The notes beneath the pieces were generated by a model, which saw nothing but the letters and a program-made list of their open reading frames with translations, made no database searches and had not been told where the DNA came from. A DNA stretch of 64,000 nt from Clostridia bacterium (GTDB lineage: Bacteria; Bacillota; Clostridia; UMGS1883), in the NCBI GenBank assembly GCA_045615705.1, contig JAZLFH010000012.1:4417-68416 (forward strand), written 5' to 3'. Of this stretch, positions 57,739-64,000 are shown piece after piece. Position numbers and translations under genes: made by a program. Numbering within the stretch: position 1 is the stretch's first letter; the number at the start of each line of letters is the position of its first letter.

Positions 57739-59274
57739 ATGAAAGCAAATTATAACAAGTTATTAAAAATGCTTATTGACCGGAAAATGACCAAAACCGA
57801 CCTTCGTGAGCAGGCTAAAATCAGTTCAAGCACTCTTGCAAAAATCGGAAAAGAAGAAATGGTAAGTTCCGATGTTCTGACAAAAATTTGTAATGTGCTT
57901 TCTTGTGATATCGGTGATATCGTTGAACTTGTCAGAGATGAAAATGAAGAATACGAAGTAATCAATTCTCCGGGTAAATTAAAAGTTGTTTCGTTGTTTT
58001 CCGGTGCCGGTGGTATGGATTTAGGATTTATTAATGCCGGTTTTGAAATTATTTGGGCAAACGACTTTTTTCAAGAAGCCGTTGCTTCATATCGCAAAAA
58101 TATTGGTAAACATATGATACACGGAGATATCACAAAAATTAAAAACGAAGATATCCCCAACGGTGCGGATGTAATAATCGGGGGTTTTCCTTGCCAAGGT
58201 TTTTCGGTTGCCAACACCAGGCGTTCAATGGAAGACAAGCGTAATTTCTTATATAAAGAAATGCTTAGAATAATTAAAGATAAAAAGCCAAAATTCTTTG
58301 TAGCTGAAAATGTAAAAGGTATTTTGTCAATTGAAAACGGTAAAGTTTTTGAGATGATAAAGTCGGATTTTGAAAATTTAGGTTATGATGTTGAACCAAG
58401 GGTTTTGAATGCAGCTGAATACGGTGTGGCTCAAGCAAGAGAACGAGTTGTAATTATCGGAAACAGATTGGGAATAGAGAATCCTTTCCCCGCAAAAACC
58501 CATTATCTTCCCGGATTTGAAGACAAAAAATTGTTTCCTGCATTTACGACGGAACAGGCTATTGGTTTCTTGTCTAATATAAAAATATCTAACAAGCCTA
58601 AAACTATCAAAATTGAAGATTTGAAAAAGCACATAAAAGCAACGGGTATTAAAGACGAAGATGGATTTTTTGAAATACTTGGAGTAGATAAAAATTGCAA
58701 TGAAATCTCAATTACAAATCATATTGCTTCCGAAAATGTAGCAGATACATTTTGGGGAAGAGAGTATGAAGTAAATCAGCATGACATTTGTGATTACTTG
58801 AGATTTTGGAGAGATAAAGCCGGTTGGACAACTAAAAAGGTTGATGAGCATTTTGGATATTCTTACACAGCCGGACATTGGTTTAGAAAAGATAACAATT
58901 CCGGAAGTATACCGAGTCCGGAAGATTGGTGGGAACTCAAAAAAATCTTTGGATTTGATGATAAATACGATAAAGCCGTTACCACTCTTGTAGAAAAAGA
59001 AATAAAATTTGAACAGTCTTTGAGAATTACCAACTGGGATAGGCCGAGCGATACAATTACGGCAACAAGCCCGGAAATTCATGTTAATAAAAAAAGAAGA
59101 TTAAGTGCAAGGGAATGTGCAATTCTTCAGTCTTTCCCTGTTACATATGAATTTACGGGAAGCCTTAATAAAATGTATACACAAATCGGCAATGCTGTGC
59201 CGGTTAAATTGGCAACTAAAATAGCAACAGGAATAAAAGATGCAATAGAAAAAAATAATGAGAGTGAAAAATAA
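57739..59274 (+). CDS. DNA (cytosine-5)-methyltransferase with an N-terminal XRE-type HTH domain
   Basis: The HTH reads LREQAKISSSTLAKIGKEEMVSSDVLTKICNVLSCDIGDI. The m5C motifs are I FSGAGG, IV GFPCQGFS, VI ENV, VIII QARERV, IX RRLSARECAILQSFP and X GNAVPV. The variable region between VIII and IX is long. Confidence 0.9.
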   Translation: MKANYNKLLKMLIDRKMTKTDLREQAKISSSTLAKIGKEEMVSSDVLTKICNVLSCDIGDIVELVRDENEEYEVINSPGKLKVVSLFSGAGGMDLGFINAGFEIIWANDFFQEAVASYRKNIGKHMIHGDITKIKNEDIPNGADVIIGGFPCQGFSVANTRRSMEDKRNFLYKEMLRIIKDKKPKFFVAENVKGILSIENGKVFEMIKSDFENLGYDVEPRVLNAAEYGVAQARERVVIIGNRLGIENPFPAKTHYLPGFEDKKLFPAFTTEQAIGFLSNIKISNKPKTIKIEDLKKHIKATGIKDEDGFFEILGVDKNCNEISITNHIASENVADTFWGREYEVNQHDICDYLRFWRDKAGWTTKKVDEHFGYSYTAGHWFRKDNNSGSIPSPEDWWELKKIFGFDDKYDKAVTTLVEKEIKFEQSLRITNWDRPSDTITATSPEIHVNKKRRLSARECAILQSFPVTYEFTGSLNKMYTQIGNAVPVKLATKIATGIKDAIEKNNESEK

Positions 59275-59295
59275 TTTCACTCTCATAGGTAGAAT

Positions 59296-60105
59296 TTATT
59301 CTTCTGCAGAAACATCAAAATTATCAAGATAGAATTGAAGTTTTCTTTTAACATAGTCGGACATATCGGGATTTTTATGTATTATCCGAACTCTTTTCTT
59401 GCTCCCCGGTAAAAGTTCAAATGTTGGAATTGCACTAAAATTATAGCGTGCTTTACCTGGATTTTTACCTGCTTTTAGCGGTCTAGACCCATAATGCTCT
59501 TGTAATTTACCGTTTGGCAAACTCATAATAGAGATAAGTTCACAACGCTGTGTTACGGAACTGTTTAATAAGCAGACAAAATAAGTTAAAGTAATCTTCT
59601 TATCACCATTTGTTTTTGTATAAAACTTCGGCAAGTTCGGACGGTACTCTTCATGATGTTCATTGGGCCTGCCGGCATTTTTTATTATTGTCCCGGCATA
59701 TGAATTTTGATTTTCACCAACAAAAATACAAGTATTGAAATCTCCTATGTTATCTTGCGATGTTGTGCCTTCACTTGTTGTAACACTTTTTAAATCAATA
59801 TGAATATAAGCATCATCAACCTCGAAAAACAGGTCTGAACTAACAGGACATGAATTGGGTTTTCCGGCGATTTTTCCGTTTAATAAAGCATATACGATTC
59901 TCTCACTACCGACATCAAATAATGAAATGCCACCGTCATCATTTCCATACAAACCTTGCCAGTCGTTCCTTATGTCATCCATCGACAGCATACCGGCAAC
60001 TATTTCATCTTCGACAAATTTTAAGAAATACCAATATTTCATTAAATATTTATATTCAAGGGCTTCCAATTCTTCAAGAGAAATATTTGAATTATCAAAC
60101 GACAT
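59296..60105 (-). CDS. candidate type II restriction endonuclease (partner of the m5C methyltransferase)
   Basis: It lies convergent to the MTase, 21 bp away. It has a PD-(D/E)XK-like segment SSDLFFEVDDAYIHIDLK. I recognise no family. The third ATG (60105) has GGAG at good spacing. Confidence 0.5.
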   Translation of the reverse strand: MSFDNSNISLEELEALEYKYLMKYWYFLKFVEDEIVAGMLSMDDIRNDWQGLYGNDDGGISLFDVGSERIVYALLNGKIAGKPNSCPVSSDLFFEVDDAYIHIDLKSVTTSEGTTSQDNIGDFNTCIFVGENQNSYAGTIIKNAGRPNEHHEEYRPNLPKFYTKTNGDKKITLTYFVCLLNSSVTQRCELISIMSLPNGKLQEHYGSRPLKAGKNPGKARYNFSAIPTFELLPGSKKRVRIIHKNPDMSDYVKRKLQFYLDNFDVSAEE

Positions 60106-60205
60106 AAACACCATCTCCATTAGTATATGTAGATAATTTTATCATATAATGTCGATTTTGTCTATAAAAATTTGGGTATGTGATTTTAATAAAAAAATAA
60201 TGCAA

Positions 60206-60304
60206 TGATGTGATGTGTTCCATTCACTCACCGTAGGTGAACATCATGTCCGAAGGACACATCACACACGAAGTGTGCATCATGTTCCGTGAGGAACACA
60301 TCGT
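60206..60304 (-). repeat. variant word/mini-hairpin array (CATCA/GATG words)
   Basis: The hairpins are TCACC-GTA-GGTGA, TGTCC-GAA-GGACA, CACAC-GAA-GTGTG and TGTTCC-GTGA-GGAACA. They are separated by ACATCA(T/C) words. The outer pairing is GATGTGTTCC/GGAACACATC. Confidence 0.6.
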
Positions 60305-60418
60305 TCAAAAAAGTCCCTTTTGTTTTATCACATAGTTTTAAAATATCAACGAAAAAGACATTGATAAATTTTTAAGTTTAGATTCAGCCATGTTGTTATC
60401 ACCTCAAATATTTTATTT

Positions 60419-60541
60419 AGTGAAATATCGGCTTTGCGGATGTGAAATGAAATAAGTCCTGTTACGCGCGCAGGCATTTCACACGCCGTAGGCGTATTTC
60501 ACGCACGAAGTGCATTTCACAAATCCGAAGGATTTATTTCG
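60419..60541 (-). repeat. word/mini-hairpin array trailing tRNA-Tyr and its terminator
   Basis: The minus strand has GTGAAATG, GTGAAATA and GTGAAATG, followed by CATTTCAC and ATTTCAC. The hairpins are AATCC-TTC-GGATT, GCAC-TTC-GTGC and ACGCC-TAC-GGCGT. Confidence 0.7.
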
Positions 60542-60544
60542 CTT

Positions 60545-60585
60545 AAAAAACCTCTTTTGTCTTGGTAGACAAAAGAGGTTTTTTT
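60545..60585 (-). terminator. terminator downstream of tRNA-Tyr
   Basis: The sequence is AAAAAACCTCTTTTGTC-TTGGTA-GACAAAAGAGGTTTTTTT. Confidence 0.6.
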
Positions 60586-60588
60586 ACA

Positions 60589-60673
60589 TGGTGGAGGAGG
60601 GTGGATTCGGACCACCGAAGTCATAGACAACAGATTTACAGTCTGCCCCCTTTGGCCGCTCGGGAACTCCTCC
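60589..60673 (-). tRNA. tRNA-Tyr (GTA), long variable arm
   Basis: The minus strand reads GGAGGAGTTCCCGAGCGGCCAAAGGGGGCAGACTGTAAATCTGT...GGTCCGAATCCACCCTCCTCCACCA. Confidence 0.95.
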
Positions 60674-60680
60674 ATAAAAA

Positions 60681-60756
60681 TGGAGCTGGTGATAGGACTC
60701 GAACCTACGACCTGCTGATTACAAATCAGCTGCTCTACCTATTGAGCTACACCAGC
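60681..60756 (-). tRNA. tRNA-Thr (TGT)
   Basis: The minus strand reads GCTGGTGTAGCTCAATAGGTAGAGCAGCTGATTTGTAATCAGCAGGTCGTAGGTTCGAGTCCTATCACCAGCTCCA. Confidence 0.95.
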
Positions 60757-60772
60757 ACTTGAAACGATAGTT

Positions 60773-60801
60773 ATGATAACATAAAAAAAGCGATAAGTCA
60801 A
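60773..60801 (-). promoter_or_regulatory. sigma-A promoter of the tRNA-Thr/Tyr unit
   Basis: On the minus strand: TTGACT (60801-60796), a 17-nt spacer, then TATCAT (60778-60773). Confidence 0.5.
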
Positions 60802-60874
60802 CATATTTTTTCAAAAATTTTTTATTGATTTAGTTTTTAAATAATGCTACTATGTATTAAAGGAGAGTGTGTGT

Positions 60875-62515
60875 ATGAAAATAACAAAAAAATTGTGCAA
60901 TGGTATTAAAAACCTCCCGAAGAATCTTTTAAACACAGTAATTCGATTCCCGCTTCCGAGCATTTTTATAGCAGTATTTTTCACGCTTTGCGAAATTATG
61001 GTTTACAATAATTTTGAAGGCATTGAAAAAATGCTTACTTCAACGCTGTTTGCATTTTTCCTTTCATATTCGGCTACATTTTTGGCGGAAAATAAAAAGC
61101 CGATAATTAAGATTTTTCTTCCGGTAATACCCATTTTTTTGGGGATTATATATTACTTGTCGGATATTGGTTATCTTTGCGAGGCTGCAATTATAATCGC
61201 TTCGGCATCGCTTGCGATTTTGGCGATGGACTTTTTTGACAGAAAGTACTTTGAAGAGCATCTTTCAATTTATCTAAGTCGCCTTTTTACTGCATTTGTG
61301 TTTGCTTCCGTGTTTATGGGAGGCGTGGCATTAATCCTTGCGGGTATAGATATACTCTTGATAACGGTATCTTATAAAACTTACGAAACATTCGTCTTTA
61401 TTTCATACGCACTTATGATGCCGTTACTGTTTCTTTCGTGGATTCCCAAGAAAAATGACGAAGTTAAAACTCCAAAGGTAATAAATCTTTTGTGGACATA
61501 TATAGTGATGCCCCTTATTGCCGTCTTTACGGTAGTATTGTATGTTTACTACTTAAAACTTCTGATGACGAGGTCGCTTCCTATTGGTCTTTTGGGTGGA
61601 ATTTCACTTATATACCTTGCTGTATGCATTCCGTCTGCACTCATGTGTAAAAATTTTGAGAGCAAGTTCGTAAAAGTGATGATTTCTGTTATTCCGTACC
61701 TTATTTTGCCGGTAATTGCAATTCTTTTTTGGGCGGACTTCCGCCAGATTCTCAACTATGGCTACTCAATAACAAGACTTTTGGTTTTGCTGGGCGGAAT
61801 AGCATCTTTCGTGTCTGCACTTCTGTTTATAATAGGTAAGGGAAAAATGTGCCGTTTTGTGCTTCTTACGATAACTGTGTTGGCACTTGTCTTTGCGATT
61901 TTCGGCGAGAAAATAGTTTTTGAGAGCCAAAACAAGCGTTTCCATGATGTGCTTGTAAGAAACAATATGTTAATAAATGGAGAAATTGTGCAAAACGATT
62001 CTGTTTGTGATAATGACAAGAGAGAACTTTATTCTATTTTAAGATATTTAAGTTTTAACAATCTTTCGCTTCCGAGCGATTACCCGTCCGAAAAGTTTGC
62101 AGATGCAAAAGAAATTCTTGGCTTTGAAGATGTCATTGTTCCTGCAAAAAGCAATGTAAAACACGCAGGACTTCAATTTGAGGAGTTTTCGTTCCCATTG
62201 GAGGGATATGACTATATTATTTGTCCTGCTACCTTTAAAATTGATGACAGAAACAAAAATAACATTGGACTTAACGCCTACACGGAGGACACTGTCATTT
62301 ATGTAAAAGACGGAGATAATCTGATTTTAAAAGCCGACACGAATGAATTTATCGAAAGCCTTTTTGAAATGAAAAAAGAATACTACACACCTGAGGAAAT
62401 GACATTTGAATATGAAAACGAGAATGTAAAAATAAAAGCACTTATTATAAGTGCCTATAAAAGTGATACTTATGTTGATGTACATGTAAGAGATATTCTT
62501 ATAAAAATCAAGTGA
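60875..62515 (+). CDS. polytopic membrane protein with a C-terminal soluble domain (DUF4153-like)
   Basis: About 10 hydrophobic segments span the first 340 aa or so, followed by a hydrophilic tail of about 200 aa. ATG 60875 follows an AAAGGAG RBS. Confidence 0.55.
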   Translation: MKITKKLCNGIKNLPKNLLNTVIRFPLPSIFIAVFFTLCEIMVYNNFEGIEKMLTSTLFAFFLSYSATFLAENKKPIIKIFLPVIPIFLGIIYYLSDIGYLCEAAIIIASASLAILAMDFFDRKYFEEHLSIYLSRLFTAFVFASVFMGGVALILAGIDILLITVSYKTYETFVFISYALMMPLLFLSWIPKKNDEVKTPKVINLLWTYIVMPLIAVFTVVLYVYYLKLLMTRSLPIGLLGGISLIYLAVCIPSALMCKNFESKFVKVMISVIPYLILPVIAILFWADFRQILNYGYSITRLLVLLGGIASFVSALLFIIGKGKMCRFVLLTITVLALVFAIFGEKIVFESQNKRFHDVLVRNNMLINGEIVQNDSVCDNDKRELYSILRYLSFNNLSLPSDYPSEKFADAKEILGFEDVIVPAKSNVKHAGLQFEEFSFPLEGYDYIICPATFKIDDRNKNNIGLNAYTEDTVIYVKDGDNLILKADTNEFIESLFEMKKEYYTPEEMTFEYENENVKIKALIISAYKSDTYVDVHVRDILIKIK

Positions 62516-63101
62516 GCATTATAGAACCAATCCACATTTTAACCTTTCGGTAAGATGAAAACTCTCTTGCAATTTCAAAAAGACGGTCAATGTTTTTCTC
62601 GCTATCTCTTGTGTATGCCGAGAATGCAGAAAAAATAATCTTATCGTCAAATTTATCGGAGTTTTTGAAAAGTTCACACATTGCTCTTTCACGGCTCGCA
62701 ACAAGAAACTTACCGTTATTTACGGTGTCCGAGTAAAGAGTATCATCTTTGTAGTGCAAAAGTTTTACGGGCGGAAAATCAAGCCTGGACTTAGATATTT
62801 TGACACCGTTTCCGACACTTATGTAGAAATAGTCTGGCTTTTCTGTATACCCGTAGTAGTTAAGGGCAGATAATGACGACAAAATACACTCGCCGTAACG
62901 GCGAGTGATTATTTTTATCGGGTCAATTTCGTCAAAGTCAATGTATCGGTACGCATCGCCTTTAAGTTCAATGGTTCCTCTTTTCATAAGAAGGTCAAGA
63001 ATACCTTTATTTATTCTTAAATGTTTTGCAGTTTCAAGCGGTAAAGTACCACCGTTTTTTGCAAAAGTCGTTTTAACCTTTAAAACTTCATCTGCCAGCA
63101 T
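62508..63101 (-). CDS. AbiEi-like antitoxin-domain protein (no AbiEii partner visible)
   Basis: The N-terminal pattern ...FAKNGGTLPLETAKHLRINKGILDLLMKRGTIELKGDAYRY... and the central ILSSLSALNYYGYTEKPDYFYISV resemble AbiEi family proteins. Confidence 0.45.
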   Translation of the reverse strand: MLADEVLKVKTTFAKNGGTLPLETAKHLRINKGILDLLMKRGTIELKGDAYRYIDFDEIDPIKIITRRYGECILSSLSALNYYGYTEKPDYFYISVGNGVKISKSRLDFPPVKLLHYKDDTLYSDTVNNGKFLVASRERAMCELFKNSDKFDDKIIFSAFSAYTRDSEKNIDRLFEIAREFSSYRKVKMWIGSIMLT

Positions 63102-63104
63102 AAA

Positions 63105-63623
63105 CTACTCCTTAATATGTTTTTTAAGAGCAATACACACAATCGGAACTATTATGATGTGTGTTATAAATGCAAACACAGCACCTATTACAGCGGTATC
63201 AATAAATTTGCCTATTGAAAAATCTATCGAGAAAGCCTTTGCAAATAAAAACATAACAATTCCCCAAACAATTCTGCCTAAAATCATTGAAACTATCAGG
63301 CTTATGTATATTGATATTACATTCTTTTTAAATAACTTGATAAAAAGTCCCATTAAAAAGCCGTATGCAAAAAGTTCAAAACTCATAGCAATCGCAGACG
63401 GAAACATCTTAGGCATAGAAAAGAGTAAACTTCTTAAAATCGGTGCTGTAAAGCCAACAAATCCTCCCCAAACAGGCCCTAACACAAATCCCGCTACGAA
63501 TATAGGGATATGCATAGGGCAAACAACAGCACCGACAACTTTTGTTTGGGCAGTAATAAACGGTAATAAAATTGCAAGGGCAAGGAAAATACCTGACAAA
63601 ATAATTTCTTTAGTATTTTTCAT
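63105..63623 (-). CDS. ECF-transporter S (substrate-binding) component
   Basis: It is a 6-TM protein of about 170 aa. ATG 63623 follows an AAAGGTGA RBS. The substrate is unknown. Confidence 0.65.
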   Translation of the reverse strand: MKNTKEIILSGIFLALAILLPFITAQTKVVGAVVCPMHIPIFVAGFVLGPVWGGFVGFTAPILRSLLFSMPKMFPSAIAMSFELFAYGFLMGLFIKLFKKNVISIYISLIVSMILGRIVWGIVMFLFAKAFSIDFSIGKFIDTAVIGAVFAFITHIIIVPIVCIALKKHIKE

Positions 63624-63746
63624 AAAATCACCTTTCAAATTACCTTAATACTAACATAATAAAACGAAAACTTCAACTCTTTTAAGTAATATAATATCTT
63701 CTTAAAGCATAGTATTTGGTAGAAGCTTAGGAAGGGAATGATAACC

Positions 63747-64000
63747 TTGAAAGACTATATGGAAGAACGCGCGGTCTGTCTTGCTGAGTATATTATTGAA
63801 AACGAAGCCACAGTGAGGGCAACGGCAAAAAAATTTGCGATAAGTAAATCAAGCGTACATAAAGATGTAACTGAGAGGTTAGAGGAGTTTAATCCATCAC
63901 TTGCAGCCAAAACGCGAGAGGTGCTTGAAAAAAATAAAGCAGAAAGACATATACGGGGAGGACTTGCGACAAAAAAGAAGTATGAATCAAAGAGAAAAAG
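63747..64000 (+). CDS. spoIIID: stage III sporulation protein D, 3'-truncated by the window edge (TTG start)
   Basis: My manual translation is (M)KDYMEERAVCLAEYIIENEATVRATAKKFAISKSSVHKDVTERLEEFNPSLAAKTREVLEKNKAERHIRGGLATKKKY. Confidence 0.85.
   Translation, partial: MKDYMEERAVCLAEYIIENEATVRATAKKFAISKSSVHKDVTERLEEFNPSLAAKTREVLEKNKAERHIRGGLATKKKYESKRK

Noticed and set aside
60562-60762. 66-aa plus-strand ORF
   Set aside because: It lies antisense across tRNA-Tyr and tRNA-Thr and is an artefact.

Overview
This window is chromosomal DNA from a low-GC, endospore-forming Firmicute. The gene content looks like Clostridia: an IspH-S1 fusion, a SipL-like LysM protein, CwlD, an alpha/beta SASP, SpoVAE and SpoIIID. 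Most of it is densely packed housekeeping. The main blocks are:

- a purine operon (purC partial, purF-like, purM, purN, PurO-type IMP cyclohydrolase, AICARFT-only purH, purD, single-chain purL)
- nrdR, rpiB, tsaB, tsaE
- an OmpR/HK two-component pair plus a GerMN lipoprotein
- an ABC-F ATPase, rpsU, ung, cysS-mrnC, split transketolase, pcrA
- cmk-plsC-ispH/rpsA
- the rplS-lepB-rbgA-rnhB-yraN block
- ACT-hom-lysC, nth, glyA, aroC, tyrS, pgi, trkAH, argGH

Four tRNAs are present: Cys, Arg(ACG), Tyr and Thr(UGU).

There are two accessory patches. The first is the tRNA-Cys/tRNA-Arg interval (35.3-36.8 kb). The second is a roughly 3-kb m5C restriction-modification island next to tRNA-Tyr/Thr (57.3-60.8 kb), followed by a polytopic membrane protein and an orphan AbiEi-like gene.

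The most unusual signal is a dispersed family of modular arrays. Each array alternates a short conserved word (GTGAAAT/GATGAAATC and its complement) with mini-hairpins that have 3-nt GAA/GTA (TTC/TAC) loops. These arrays directly trail tRNA 3' ends plus terminators. One pair forms a long inverted repeat around a one-gene cassette. Other copies flank the R-M island. I cannot assign them to any repeat family I know. No integrase, transposase, CRISPR array or cas gene is visible in the window.
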